IMG/VR virus record: IMGVR_UViG_3300032307_000516
Span: 1 to 64,000 of that record
Length of the DNA stretch: 64,000 nucleotides
DNA from: a virus
Reading direction: 5' to 3' (one strand)
Shown in pieces: positions 25,294-36,496 of the stretch (positions are counted from its first letter, which is position 1; every line of letters begins with the position of its first letter). Made by a program: the position numbers and the translations under genes. A model generated the notes under the pieces. It saw only the letters and a list, made by a program, of their open reading frames with translations. It was not told the DNA's origin and did not search any database.

Positions 25294-26466
25294 ATGGCAA
25301 AAAAAGAATTTTCGTTTACAGAATTAGACAAAGCCCTTTCGAAGATCGATGGATTTGAAATGGGGTCAATTTTAGAAAATAATGATTTCTCCGAAGTCGG
25401 AGATTGGATTCCTACAGGTAACTATTTATTAAATGCTCAATTATCTGGTACTTTGTTCGGGGGTATTGCAAATAATAGATCAATGGGTATTGCAGGAGAT
25501 CCACAGACTGGTAAATCATTCTTATGTATGAATATCGTAAGAGAAGCACAGAAAAAAGGATACAACGTAATTTATTGTGATACCGAAGGTGCTATTGATA
25601 AGTCAGGAGCAAAAAAATTCGGTATCGATACTAATACAGTACGTTACCAACCTATCAAGACTATCTCAGATTTTAAAGTATTTGTTGCTAACTTGGTAGA
25701 CAAGGTTAAAGCATACAGAAAAGACGGAGCAGATCCTAAAATTGCTATCATTCTAGATTCACTTGGTATGTTATCAACAGATAAAGAAACTGGTGATGCT
25801 TTAAAAGGAAAAAGCGTAATGGATATGGGTATTAGATCTAAGGAATTAAGATCATTATTCAGAGTTATTACATTAGATCTTACAGCTGTTAAGATTCCAT
25901 TGATTTGTACAAACCACACGACTACAGGTAACATTGGAGGATTTATGCCAACGAAAGAAGCTGCTGGTGGTGACGGACCTATCTTCTCAATGAGTAATGT
26001 TATTATGCTTTCTAAAGCTCAGTTAAAAGAAGGAAGCGATAACACAAGAACTGGTATCGTTGTTACATCTACTCCAAAGAAAGCAAGATTTACTAGACCT
26101 TATCCTGTTAAATTCCACATTTCATTTATGAATGGTATGAATGCTTACGTTGGATTACAAGATTTTGTTTCTTGGGACATTTGCGGTATTGAGAGAGGAA
26201 AACTTGAAGTTGATAAGAAGACCGGAGAAATGGAATTTACACCTAATGCTTCATCAACACGTTGGGCAATTAAACACTTAGGAAAAACAGTTACCTCCTC
26301 ACAATTATTCTCCTCTGAAATATTTACTGATGAGGTTTTACATATGATTGACGAGAAAGCTATTAAGCCACATTTCTTATTACCAGATCTTTTCGATGAT
26401 AACGAATTAGCAATATTAGCTAATCCAGAGAGTGAAGAAGAAATAGAAGAGAATGGAGAAGAGTAA
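25294..26466 (+). CDS. uvsX: UvsX/RecA-like recombinase
   Basis: Walker A GDPQTGKS, DTE, ILDSLGML and NHT motifs. Confidence 0.92.
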   Translation: MAKKEFSFTELDKALSKIDGFEMGSILENNDFSEVGDWIPTGNYLLNAQLSGTLFGGIANNRSMGIAGDPQTGKSFLCMNIVREAQKKGYNVIYCDTEGAIDKSGAKKFGIDTNTVRYQPIKTISDFKVFVANLVDKVKAYRKDGADPKIAIILDSLGMLSTDKETGDALKGKSVMDMGIRSKELRSLFRVITLDLTAVKIPLICTNHTTTGNIGGFMPTKEAAGGDGPIFSMSNVIMLSKAQLKEGSDNTRTGIVVTSTPKKARFTRPYPVKFHISFMNGMNAYVGLQDFVSWDICGIERGKLEVDKKTGEMEFTPNASSTRWAIKHLGKTVTSSQLFSSEIFTDEVLHMIDEKAIKPHFLLPDLFDDNELAILANPESEEEIEENGEE

Positions 26467-26746
26467 ACTTAAAATGAAATATCTTCTGGGTATATGGAAG
26501 GATCTTCCAGAATACCCAACAAAGGAAGATGTTATCTATGAGCTTAATTCATATCTAATTAAAGATGGAAGACCTGATGGGGAATTTTCAGATCAGACTT
26601 TCAATTCGTTTTTACCTGAGAATTGGGAAAATGAAAAATTTGGGGATATGGTAAAAGAATTAATAGAGACAGAGATTTTTGAGAAGACTGAAAAAACATT
26701 AGGAAATAAAAATTGGTACAAAATAAAGGATAACCCACACTATTAA
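26453..26746 (+). CDS. Hypothetical protein
   Basis: ORF between uvsX and the helicase. Confidence 0.6.
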   Translation: MEKSKLKMKYLLGIWKDLPEYPTKEDVIYELNSYLIKDGRPDGEFSDQTFNSFLPENWENEKFGDMVKELIETEIFEKTEKTLGNKNWYKIKDNPHY

Positions 26747-26749
26747 AAA

Positions 26750-28051
26750 ATGCAGAATCAACACTTAGAAAATATTTGGTTTAAAGCGGTAATTGATAAT
26801 CCAGCTTATATTGAAGCAACTGAATCTAGCTACTTTAAGAATCCAGATTATCAAGAGGCTTTTAAAGTTGTAAAATCATTCTGGAAAAAATATCAGCAAA
26901 TTCCTAGCAAAAATCAAGTTAGGGAATCTGCTAAGCTTTTAAAGATTGAAGACAAACTTACTGATTCCCTATTGGAGTCTATGTGGTCTATATCATTAAG
27001 TGATTATGATCTAGATTGGTTACAACAAAACACTGAATCTTGGATAGAGTGGAAGACTCTCGAGAAAAGTGCGGTTGACTCTATTAATTACATTAAAAGT
27101 ACCGATGTAACTCCTGACAACATTAAAGATGTAATTAACACTTACAAATCCATCGTTGTTGACAGAAACAAGGTGGATTTCTCATTTGATATGGGATTAA
27201 ACTTTAATGATCCGGAAGCTCATAAACAATATGCTAACAGTACATTCTCCAGTGGATATGAATATATCGATTTCTGTCTGGGAGGAGGATTTTCTGCTAA
27301 ATCCCTGTATGTTCTATTAGGACAGCCAAAAGTTGGTAAAACATTATGGTTAGGTAATATTGCAACACAAGCAGTAAGGGCTTCTAATAATGTTGCTATC
27401 ATTACTCTAGAGCTTGGTGACAGAAAATACATGAAAAGATTAGGGTCTAATCTTTTAGGTATTAAAATGTCAGAATATAAGAACACAGCTGACAATGACG
27501 AGTTACTAAAGAAGAAAATTAGAAATATCGGATTTGACAATTTAGCAACTCCTGGTCAGTTGGTAGTAAAAGAATTCCCAACATCACAGGCATCTGCAAT
27601 TGACGTGGAAAACTGGCTTAGTAAAACTGAGCAGATAATGGGAATAAAATTTAAGATCGTTATTATAGACTACATTAATATTATGAAGAACTGGAGAAAT
27701 CCCAATTCAGAGAATACTTACATGAAGATCAAACAGATTGCAGAAGATCTTAGAGCTGCTGCACAAAGAAATGATTGGGCTATAGTAACTGCAACACAAA
27801 CAAAACAAAGCGAATTTGATGCTACAGATTTAAGTATGAATTCAGCATCAGAATCATCTGGGCTAGTAGCTACTGTTGATGGTATGTTTGGTATTATCCA
27901 AGATCCGTTAATGTATACCGCAGGTGAATATAAATTAAAGCTACTAGCAAACAGGGACGAAGGTTATAAAAACTCATACAAGAAATTCTTGGTTGATTAC
28001 AATTTTATGAGAATCTCAGAAGATCCCAATTCTCAAATAATGAATGATTGA
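26750..28051 (+). CDS. gp41-like DnaB-family replicative helicase
   Basis: GQPKVGKT, ITLE, IIDYINI, IAEDLR and TATQT motifs. Confidence 0.93.
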   Translation: MQNQHLENIWFKAVIDNPAYIEATESSYFKNPDYQEAFKVVKSFWKKYQQIPSKNQVRESAKLLKIEDKLTDSLLESMWSISLSDYDLDWLQQNTESWIEWKTLEKSAVDSINYIKSTDVTPDNIKDVINTYKSIVVDRNKVDFSFDMGLNFNDPEAHKQYANSTFSSGYEYIDFCLGGGFSAKSLYVLLGQPKVGKTLWLGNIATQAVRASNNVAIITLELGDRKYMKRLGSNLLGIKMSEYKNTADNDELLKKKIRNIGFDNLATPGQLVVKEFPTSQASAIDVENWLSKTEQIMGIKFKIVIIDYINIMKNWRNPNSENTYMKIKQIAEDLRAAAQRNDWAIVTATQTKQSEFDATDLSMNSASESSGLVATVDGMFGIIQDPLMYTAGEYKLKLLANRDEGYKNSYKKFLVDYNFMRISEDPNSQIMND

Positions 28052-28524
28052 TGAAAAAACAAAAAAAACTGATTGAAGATGATGCGAACGATCTTGACTT
28101 AAATCCAGAGATTGAGGATATAGAATCCAAAAACGTAGAATTAGAAGAATTCGAGGTTAACCCTAATCTAGACTATAGAAGTTTACAATCTACAGTCACT
28201 TACGAAGATGAGGAATATTTACATTCAGTTAAGCTGAATGATAAGATAGATGAGATCTTTTTAAAATCAAGATGGACAGTTATTAGTCCGAGTAAAAAGA
28301 TTCCTAAAGATCTTATTCCTTTAATATTCCAGGACATCCTTAAGGAATTAGAAGAAACTGAATTCACAATGGTAGAGAAATTTGTTGCAATATGTGACTA
28401 TACAGCTATTAATTACCAGAAAGCTTATGAATCTATCCATATGAAATATAAAGAGCTTATAGTTCAAGAAATGGACCAAAAATATGGGATTCTAGGCAAG
28501 AAAGGTATTAAAAAAATATTTTAA
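28048..28524 (+). CDS. Hypothetical protein, possibly gp33-like late transcription co-activator
   Basis: Acidic N-terminus and helical C-terminus loosely resembling gp33. Confidence 0.4.
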   Translation: MMKKQKKLIEDDANDLDLNPEIEDIESKNVELEEFEVNPNLDYRSLQSTVTYEDEEYLHSVKLNDKIDEIFLKSRWTVISPSKKIPKDLIPLIFQDILKELEETEFTMVEKFVAICDYTAINYQKAYESIHMKYKELIVQEMDQKYGILGKKGIKKIF

Positions 28525-29633
28525 TGTTAGATTTTCCAAAAATAAAGAGAGTAATTTTTATTACTGATACTCACTTAGGTGTAAGAAACAACTCTAACGA
28601 CTGGATAGAGATACATGAGGATTATTTTAAAAATTGGTTCATTCCATTATGTAAGAAGATTTATAGACCGGGAGACTGTTTAGTTCATCTCGGGGATGTT
28701 TATGATAGTAGGCAATCATTAAATCTTAGGGTACTTAATCTTGGAATAGATATTTTCGAAGAATTATCTGGTATCTTTAAAGACGGTATTTTTATAATAT
28801 GCGGAAACCATGACATTTATGGTAAAAATACCAACGAGGTTAACTCATTAAAATCTCTAAAATGGATCCCAAGAATTAAAATATTCGAAGAACCTGAAAC
28901 GATCCAGATGGGTCCAAAGAAAGTTTTCTTGATGCCATGGAGAAAAGATCACGAAGCAGAAAGAGAAACACTATCACAAGCAGAAAAACATGATTATATG
29001 TTCTGTCACACTGACGTAAAGGGACTTATGTTTAATAAGTTTGTTAGAATTGAAGCAGGACTTGAATATTCTGATATGGATAAATTTGAAAGAGTTTATT
29101 CTGGACATATACATTACTCACAAACATTTGGAAAAATGAGAATGCTCGGATCCCCGTATCAATTAACAAGATCTGATACAGATAATGCTAAAGGTATTAC
29201 AGTTTTAGATCTAGAAACAGGATTTGAAGAATACTACGAAAATAAATATTCTCCAAGATTTGTGAGAATGGCATTTGAACAAGTATTGAATTCTACGCCA
29301 TTAGAGTTAAATCCTATTTTTAAAAACAATTTTATAGACATATTAGTAGATCCTGAGGTTGCAGTTAAAGCACCACTGGGATTATTAACCGAATATGTTA
29401 ATCCTCCACTCAAGATATCCTTTACTCCTATTACTAATAACGAACAGGAAGTAGTAGATGAAGGATTTCACGATTTGGAAGGTAAGAGCTTTTCCATATT
29501 AGACTTGACACAATTGTATCTAGATAAATGCAATTATGAGGATGATAAGAAAACTAAGATTTATAAAGCGATAGAAAAACTTTTACATAAGGTTTCAGTC
29601 AAAGTAGAAGAAGATGAAGATACAGAAGATTGA
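28524..29633 (+). CDS. gp47-like Mre11/SbcD nuclease
   Basis: DTHLG, GDVYD, GNHD and SGHIH motifs. Confidence 0.93.
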   Translation: MLDFPKIKRVIFITDTHLGVRNNSNDWIEIHEDYFKNWFIPLCKKIYRPGDCLVHLGDVYDSRQSLNLRVLNLGIDIFEELSGIFKDGIFIICGNHDIYGKNTNEVNSLKSLKWIPRIKIFEEPETIQMGPKKVFLMPWRKDHEAERETLSQAEKHDYMFCHTDVKGLMFNKFVRIEAGLEYSDMDKFERVYSGHIHYSQTFGKMRMLGSPYQLTRSDTDNAKGITVLDLETGFEEYYENKYSPRFVRMAFEQVLNSTPLELNPIFKNNFIDILVDPEVAVKAPLGLLTEYVNPPLKISFTPITNNEQEVVDEGFHDLEGKSFSILDLTQLYLDKCNYEDDKKTKIYKAIEKLLHKVSVKVEEDEDTED

Positions 29634-31281
29634 GTGGAGAAACGTTGCCTCTTACGGTAATAAGATACAAATTTTAGAGTTACCTGAAAAATCTGGCCTT
29701 ATACAGGTTGTAGGTGAAAACGGAGTTGGTAAATCAACTATTTCGGATGTTATTACATTCGGCCTATACGGTAAATTGGAAGGAAAGAAACTAAAGGATA
29801 TTCCTAATAGATCTAACAAATCTGCGTGGATGAAGATCACGTTCGAACAGGACGGGAGAATCTACGAGGTCGAGAGAGGATTAGATCCATCACTTTTTCA
29901 GTTATCTATAGATGGAAATATCTACGACCAGGCAGGTAAGGATAACGTACAGGAATTTCTAACTAATGACATATTAAAGATTCCTTACTACGTTTTTAAT
30001 AATACGATATCGTTATCGATTAATGATTTCAAAAGCTTCCTCAAAATGAGCACAGCTGATAAGAAATTAATCATTGATAAGATATTTGGATTTTATATCC
30101 TAAATGAAATGAGAGATATTCTTAAGGAAGAAACAAAGAATATTAAATCATCAATAGACAGATTGTCAGGGGAGATATTTGCAACAGGAAGATCCATAGC
30201 AGCTTCTCAAAAGGAACTAGATGAATTACAACAGAAAATAGTAGAAAATGCTGGATCTGAAATAGAAAGTGCAGAGGAAAATCTAGAAAATTATAAAGAG
30301 TTACTTAAGCTACATTCGGATAAGCTTAAGGATTTTAGATCTAAAGAAAACGAAGCACAGAGAAACGTAACAAAATCATATGAGATTTTAAGTGATCTTT
30401 CTTCCAAAATAAAAGAGCTAGATTCTAAAATGAATCTATACAACAACGAAAAATGTCCAACTTGTGAATCTGATCTGTCTACGGATTTTCACAAAAATGT
30501 ATTTGACGATCTATCAAAAGCAAGGGAAAAATATACGGACGATCTTAAAGAACTAAAAAATAATTACGAGGATGCTAAAAAAGTTCAATCAGATTTAGCA
30601 ACTATTAAGAATGATCTGTTCACAAAAGGTGGTAAGATTGAGAGTGCAATAAGAACTTTACATGATAAACTAAAAACTCTTAAGACTGCTAAGAACAATG
30701 ACCAATTAAATTCCATACGTAAATTGTTAAATTCTGCTAATGATGATCTATCGGATTTCAACCAGGAAAAAACAGTATGGGAAGAAAGACAAATATGGGT
30801 TAAGACACTGGACGAAGTATTAAGCGAGAAGGGCGTTAAACAGCTCGCTATTAAGTCTATTCTTCCTTCCCTTAATAATGAGATACTCAATACACTTTTG
30901 TCTCTACATTTGCCTTATAAAGTAGTATTTAATGAAGAATTTAATGCACAGATATTTCATATGGGCGAGGAGATATCTTCACAGACTTTATCTACTGGAG
31001 AAATGAAAAAAGTTGACTTTGCAGTACTTGTAGCAATAATTAAGTTGATGAAGATTCGATTCTCTTCGGTTAACATCCTATTTCTAGATGAGATCTTTAG
31101 TTCTGTAGATCCCGACGGGGTTCACAGTATATTGAATACATTAAGAAAATTGTCGGACGATTTAAGTATGAACATCTTTGTAATTAATCATGCCCCGATG
31201 CCGACAGAGATATTCGATTATAAAATAGAAATCTCAAAGAGAAATAATTTCTCTGATATTGCTTTTGAAAAGCTATCTTAA
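29614..31281 (+). CDS. gp46-like Rad50/SbcC ATPase
   Basis: GENGVGKS, CPTC hook, LSTGE and FLDE motifs. Confidence 0.93.
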   Translation: MKIQKIEWRNVASYGNKIQILELPEKSGLIQVVGENGVGKSTISDVITFGLYGKLEGKKLKDIPNRSNKSAWMKITFEQDGRIYEVERGLDPSLFQLSIDGNIYDQAGKDNVQEFLTNDILKIPYYVFNNTISLSINDFKSFLKMSTADKKLIIDKIFGFYILNEMRDILKEETKNIKSSIDRLSGEIFATGRSIAASQKELDELQQKIVENAGSEIESAEENLENYKELLKLHSDKLKDFRSKENEAQRNVTKSYEILSDLSSKIKELDSKMNLYNNEKCPTCESDLSTDFHKNVFDDLSKAREKYTDDLKELKNNYEDAKKVQSDLATIKNDLFTKGGKIESAIRTLHDKLKTLKTAKNNDQLNSIRKLLNSANDDLSDFNQEKTVWEERQIWVKTLDEVLSEKGVKQLAIKSILPSLNNEILNTLLSLHLPYKVVFNEEFNAQIFHMGEEISSQTLSTGEMKKVDFAVLVAIIKLMKIRFSSVNILFLDEIFSSVDPDGVHSILNTLRKLSDDLSMNIFVINHAPMPTEIFDYKIEISKRNNFSDIAFEKLS

Positions 31282-31303
31282 ATCCCCTTCGGATATATAA
31301 AAC

Positions 31304-31723
31304 ATGGCAGAAGTATATCCAGCAGGTACCACAACAATTAGAAATCTTACACCAAGATATTATTACTTCTTGGTAGTAAAACCTGATTCTTTAGTAGACG
31401 ATATTCCACAGAAAGAATATTTTGTTTACCGATACAAGGTTTCAGTTTCTTCAAGTGATGGTATAGCATCGCTAAAAAATTATTTCACAGGAGAGGATCT
31501 AATAGAATGCAGATCTTTATCCGATGTTGAATATGCAACTGGTATTTTTCAGCATCCTGATTATACAAACAGCAATATGTCTCCTTTAACATTTAAGCTT
31601 AGGGATATTCCTATCTATTTACAATCAACCATAGGTACAATAGATCTTAATAAGGATCCTTACCAATACGGAAGTAAACCTATTATTACCGATAGTACTT
31701 CCGTAATATTAGACAATAATTAA
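31304..31723 (+). CDS. Hypothetical protein
   Basis: ORF after a GATATATA motif. Confidence 0.6.
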   Translation: MAEVYPAGTTTIRNLTPRYYYFLVVKPDSLVDDIPQKEYFVYRYKVSVSSSDGIASLKNYFTGEDLIECRSLSDVEYATGIFQHPDYTNSNMSPLTFKLRDIPIYLQSTIGTIDLNKDPYQYGSKPIITDSTSVILDNN

Positions 31724-31724
31724 T

Positions 31725-32561
31725 ATGAATTTTTTAGAAAAATTTAATACCGACGACGTATTCTTTAGAGGTGTTATACTAGGATTACTTAGTAAGCTGA
31801 ACGAGACAATAACTTACACACAGGTTAATTCAGATCAATCCAAGAGCACTATATACATTCCATTTTTCTACTCTATGGTAGGAGATGAGCCTTTCTTACA
31901 GGATTTCTATCTTTCATACGAAGATTGTGACGGTAATCCTGCTTTTGCTGAAGGTAACTATGACGTTGTTCCTAGAGGAATATTGGAAATGGGAGCAATA
32001 AGAATAGACACAGGAGGAGCAACTACTAAATATGTAAGAGCTTCTTATGTAAAAGAGGTAGAAAAAGAAACCGGAAGTGAAATGGTTACCTACTCATCTT
32101 ACTTAAATCCTATACCTTTAGGGATACAAGTAACAGCAAAGATAAAAGCAGATACCACACTAGATGCTTTTAAAATTCAACAGAGTGTATTAGAAATACT
32201 TTATAAGAGGTTCCAATATTTCTTTTATTATAAAGGATTTAGAGTTCCCGTTCAAGTTAGTTTACAAGATTCACCCCCAGATAAGCAGCCTAACAATTTC
32301 CAGATGTCTTATGGGTCACAAAGAGGTGAAGCAATAACACTTAGTTTTTCTATGGATTTAGAGACATATTTGCCTCAATTGGATCTTTCAACTGAAAGAT
32401 TTAGAGGAAATCTAATGCAAGGAGGAATAAAATTAAATGTAGAATTAGGTACTGCACCTACAGATAACAGTACGATCATAAGTGGATTAGGAATCTATGA
32501 TATCAATAAGGATATTACAGGAGTGACTGGGGCAACCGGTCAAGCTCCTTATAATCCTTAA
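31725..32561 (+). CDS. gp15-like tail terminator/sheath stabiliser
   Basis: IPFFYS, VPRG, NPIP and LSFSMDLETYLP pattern; context next to the neck gene. Confidence 0.6.
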   Translation: MNFLEKFNTDDVFFRGVILGLLSKLNETITYTQVNSDQSKSTIYIPFFYSMVGDEPFLQDFYLSYEDCDGNPAFAEGNYDVVPRGILEMGAIRIDTGGATTKYVRASYVKEVEKETGSEMVTYSSYLNPIPLGIQVTAKIKADTTLDAFKIQQSVLEILYKRFQYFFYYKGFRVPVQVSLQDSPPDKQPNNFQMSYGSQRGEAITLSFSMDLETYLPQLDLSTERFRGNLMQGGIKLNVELGTAPTDNSTIISGLGIYDINKDITGVTGATGQAPYNP

Positions 32562-32866
32562 GAATTTAACATCTGATCCTTATTAGAATCTTCTTTTTTT
32601 TCTGGCTCCATTTCTCCAATACCAGAATCCTTAGATTTTCTGTATCCTAAAAGTGCTGCCCCTATAGAGATAAAGATAATAGATTGAGTTAAAATATCTA
32701 CACTCTTATCTAAGAACATTTTATCTATACATCCAAGAAAGAAACAAATACCCCCAATAAATACAATATAAAGTCCAGCTGTACCACTTCCTGAAGTTTT
32801 ACCGTCGGAGTTTGAAGTAAGTTGACCGAAGCTAAACTTCTCCATTGCTGCTCTTAATTTTTTCAT
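32558..32866 (-). CDS. Small two-TM membrane protein (holin-like)
   Basis: Two hydrophobic helices and a charged C-terminus. Confidence 0.55.
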   Translation of the reverse strand: MKKLRAAMEKFSFGQLTSNSDGKTSGSGTAGLYIVFIGGICFFLGCIDKMFLDKSVDILTQSIIFISIGAALLGYRKSKDSGIGEMEPEKKEDSNKDQMLNS

Positions 32867-32905
32867 AACATTTTTACTGATATATATTACAAACAGAAAG
32901 CCAAA

Positions 32906-35098
32906 ATGGCAGAACTAATAGAATTTACATCAATAGGCAATTATAGGATAATCTCCTACAACGATTCATTTAAGAACGTACAAAGTTTTAATGGATGGAT
33001 TATAGATGCGACAGGTGAAAATCCACCTAGCATTTTTCTTTATCTTGAATTTAGATGGAGTATTAATGGAGATAACTGGTCTTTGTGGAGTGAATTAACA
33101 GAGCCAGCAGTTCAAACTCTTCCTATATCACCGTCGAATCCTTTATGGGTGGAAATAAGATTAACAGCTGCTTCGGACGAGAATTCTAGTCCTTATTTCC
33201 CTCCAGGAACTCCCCTAAGTCCGCCTATAATATTAAACGACTTTGAGCTGGATTTAACTTATGTTACGGTAGATCCTAGGGATCTAATGACCGCACCTCC
33301 TGCACCTATTTGTAGTAAAGAATTAACTAACTACCCCATAGTTTTTACAGACTGTGATTTTACATTTAAACCTTATGATATAAACAGGGCAATAAATCTT
33401 TACCAGGATTTAAGTAAGGTTGTAAATAACGTTTTTGGACACGAAGTAGTATATTATTCAGTACAACCACAAGGTAGAGGAAAAGATGTAGTATTAAAAG
33501 AGTATACATTGTTTGATGTTGTTGACGAGAAATGCGTTAAGGTAATGGTACCAAATAACCAATTTCCAGATGCAGCTTTAACATTCGATTCGTGGGGATT
33601 AAATTTTAATCAACCTTTTGAAATTCATATAGATAGAAAATATTTTGAAGGGATATTTGGTAAAGGATCCCAACCTAGAAAAAGAGATATTATCTATTTT
33701 CCAAGAACAAATAGGATCTATAGAATAGATTCAATGTATGTATTTAGGGACATAAATAACTATCCAGTATATTTTAAGATACAGCTAGTAAAATACGATG
33801 TACAAAAAAATACAACATTTACTGATGCTGCAGTTGGTACAGCATTGCACGATTACACAGTAAATACGCAGGATTTATTCGGAGCTGAGGTACAGAATCA
33901 GGAGACTGATGTAACTAAGCCTCAACAATATGCAGTTACTTCACAGAGAAGACTAGAAGATCCTATAAGATCTTACATAAATAAAGATCTTCCCATTATA
34001 GAATACGATTTAAACAATAACTGGACTATCGTATTTAACAATTATTATGATCTAGATAAAATCTTTATAGATGATCCGAACACAATAGATCCAGTATCTC
34101 CCGATTCTGGATGGACAGACGAAGAAAGGGATGCTGTTAGATGGAAAGCAGATCCAGTTCTTACCGCAACAGAGGAAAGATCTTTTATGTGTTGGTTTAG
34201 AACTAGAAATTATCTTGATAGAAGCAAATTAGTACCTAAGCCTGCACCTAAATTACCTATTACAATAGATAACATAGGAACCGGTGAAATAACTTACACA
34301 ACCTATCCTATACCACATAATTTCCATATTAGACCTAATCCTAACGGATATGTTTCAATTCTAGGCGATTCAACAAGATCTGGAGGATTTGAAATACTAA
34401 ATATTGTGGATTCTTTCAGATTTACTGTTAAGGATGGAGGTGCATCAGCACCTGTTAATACTGCTGGATGGAAAGCTCAGAAAGCTCAGTCTAGAATATT
34501 GTTCGATGGGTATTATAACGGACAAGGATTATATCTAGATTTCATCTGGAGCGGATCAAATCCAGTAGAAAGCCCAACAACTAATAACTATCTACAAACA
34601 GGTAGTTTTAGGATAAGGATAAATAACCTAGAGATCTCTTCTCCTTTTGGAGCGGGAATCGCAAGCACATTAGGTCCTTTTATACCTAGCGTTGACGATT
34701 GGTTTGGATTCGTTTTTAATTTCTCTAACGTTTTTAGACAATATTCAATTAAGGTGTGGAAGTTAACTTATGATCCAGAGAATCCAACAACTCAAACCTC
34801 GGATTTGAGTTTAGTACATTCTTTGGATGGAGTGACAACTCAGGCATATACATTTAATGTACCGCCTGTTATAGAAGAAAATTATGATAGTCCTTTTTAT
34901 GGAACTAATAATTATGCTTTTAAAACTAGATCTTGTCCTTTATGGGCAACGAACTATAGATTTTTTAAATACATGGTAGAAGAGGAAAAACAATCAACGA
35001 TTTTAAACCAAAATATAATAGATGATGCTCAGTTGGGTATTATTATAGATAACGCTAAACCGATACTGAAACTTCCAAAAGTTGCCAGAAACAGATAG
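32906..35098 (+). CDS. gp14-like neck protein with extra N- and C-terminal domains
   Basis: Central FGHEVVYY...SWGL...IDRKYF...PRKRDIIYFP segment. Confidence 0.65.
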   Translation: MAELIEFTSIGNYRIISYNDSFKNVQSFNGWIIDATGENPPSIFLYLEFRWSINGDNWSLWSELTEPAVQTLPISPSNPLWVEIRLTAASDENSSPYFPPGTPLSPPIILNDFELDLTYVTVDPRDLMTAPPAPICSKELTNYPIVFTDCDFTFKPYDINRAINLYQDLSKVVNNVFGHEVVYYSVQPQGRGKDVVLKEYTLFDVVDEKCVKVMVPNNQFPDAALTFDSWGLNFNQPFEIHIDRKYFEGIFGKGSQPRKRDIIYFPRTNRIYRIDSMYVFRDINNYPVYFKIQLVKYDVQKNTTFTDAAVGTALHDYTVNTQDLFGAEVQNQETDVTKPQQYAVTSQRRLEDPIRSYINKDLPIIEYDLNNNWTIVFNNYYDLDKIFIDDPNTIDPVSPDSGWTDEERDAVRWKADPVLTATEERSFMCWFRTRNYLDRSKLVPKPAPKLPITIDNIGTGEITYTTYPIPHNFHIRPNPNGYVSILGDSTRSGGFEILNIVDSFRFTVKDGGASAPVNTAGWKAQKAQSRILFDGYYNGQGLYLDFIWSGSNPVESPTTNNYLQTGSFRIRINNLEISSPFGAGIASTLGPFIPSVDDWFGFVFNFSNVFRQYSIKVWKLTYDPENPTTQTSDLSLVHSLDGVTTQAYTFNVPPVIEENYDSPFYGTNNYAFKTRSCPLWATNYRFFKYMVEEEKQSTILNQNIIDDAQLGIIIDNAKPILKLPKVARNR

Positions 35099-35112
35099 AA
35101 TAAGATTGGTAT

Positions 35113-35676
35113 ATGAGAAACCATATAAAGAAGTTTACACATTTTATTAGTGAGAGCATTGATCAATCCTCTTATCAATCAAATTACGAGGATTGGGAAA
35201 AAGGATTAATAATGGCCTGGGGTCATCTTCTTTACCTTGGATATCATGATCTGCCTTATAATATTAATAATATAGTATCCGAGGATGAAACGAGGGGATA
35301 CTTTGAGGAGTATTACTGGAATGCAGAGGATGATGAGGATCTTCGAGACTGGATGAGTAATAATCCGCCTACAGTAGGTAAAGGAGAAGCAATATTCGAC
35401 AAAAATAGACTGAATATGATGATGAACGATATTGCAATGAAGACAAGAACTTTAGATCCTATCACGATATATCGATACGAAGATCAGGACTACGAGGAGG
35501 GGTGGAACTCATACACTACTGATCCAGAATTAGATTATTCTAACGGAGGAAAGATAACTAAAAAGTCTTATATAATTCCTGCTGGATATCCAGTGATTTT
35601 TGCAGGTGGCATAGGAGATCGTGACGAAGTTATTATAAATCTTTCCAGTAGAGAAAAGAAAAAATTAATCAGATAA
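35113..35676 (+). CDS. Putative R-S-E ADP-ribosyltransferase-fold internal head protein
   Basis: TIYRY, WNSYTTD and RDEVII motifs; starts MRNHIKKFTHFISES. Confidence 0.5.
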   Translation: MRNHIKKFTHFISESIDQSSYQSNYEDWEKGLIMAWGHLLYLGYHDLPYNINNIVSEDETRGYFEEYYWNAEDDEDLRDWMSNNPPTVGKGEAIFDKNRLNMMMNDIAMKTRTLDPITIYRYEDQDYEEGWNSYTTDPELDYSNGGKITKKSYIIPAGYPVIFAGGIGDRDEVIINLSSREKKKLIR

Positions 35677-35724
35677 AGATATTTTATAAAAATCATCTAT
35701 TTCAGTCCTTAATATATAGAACAT

Positions 35725-36486
35725 ATGCCAAGAAGAAAACCGAAAAAACAAAATCTTTCGAAAGAGCAGGAACTTAATCTCAAGGATAAACTTGATGGGA
35801 TTATTTTGGCGGACGAAATGCTTTCAGGATTAAGTGCTCCTGATATTCCCCCAATGAAACCACAAAGATTCATAAATGTAGATTCAGTTAAAACAGAGGT
35901 AGAAGTGGAAGCTAGAGCAATATTAGATTCACTATCAAGGTTTTATAATGATATGGAAAATCTTCCTGCTGATAGTTATATCAAACACAAGCAAAAGATA
36001 GACGCATTAAGCATCTCTACAATGGCTTTTCAAATAAGAACTGCTCAGCACGCTATCTCAAAATTAGTTGAGGAGATAGATTCAGGAAGAATGGAGCCAA
36101 GATTATTCGAGGTTCTAGCTCAACTACAGAATCAGATCATGCAAATGCCTAAGAACTTTTCCAATTATATGTCACAAATGGAAAAGAACTACAAGCAGTT
36201 AAGAAGTGAATCTGAGGAAATAAACAAAGAAAACATAGAATTCGATTCAGATGGAAATCTAATGCAATCCAAGGATAATATGGACGCTCTTAAAGTTAGA
36301 GGAAACAAATCTCTAATGGAAAACCTACAGAATATGATGAAAAATGGCAGTATGGTTAAGGAAGCAGAAATAGTAATGCCTGATGACAATCTGATAAACC
36401 CTAAGACTAAGGACGGAGGAACCTCCGATCTTTTGGGCGGCGACGATGACGAGTACTTTGAAATAGAGGACGAAATCTTCGAATAA
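35725..36486 (+). CDS. Probable terminase small subunit (gp16-like)
   Basis: Immediately upstream of terL; PRLFEVLAQL helix. Confidence 0.65.
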   Translation: MPRRKPKKQNLSKEQELNLKDKLDGIILADEMLSGLSAPDIPPMKPQRFINVDSVKTEVEVEARAILDSLSRFYNDMENLPADSYIKHKQKIDALSISTMAFQIRTAQHAISKLVEEIDSGRMEPRLFEVLAQLQNQIMQMPKNFSNYMSQMEKNYKQLRSESEEINKENIEFDSDGNLMQSKDNMDALKVRGNKSLMENLQNMMKNGSMVKEAEIVMPDDNLINPKTKDGGTSDLLGGDDDEYFEIEDEIFE

Positions 36487-36496
36487 ATAGAAAAAT

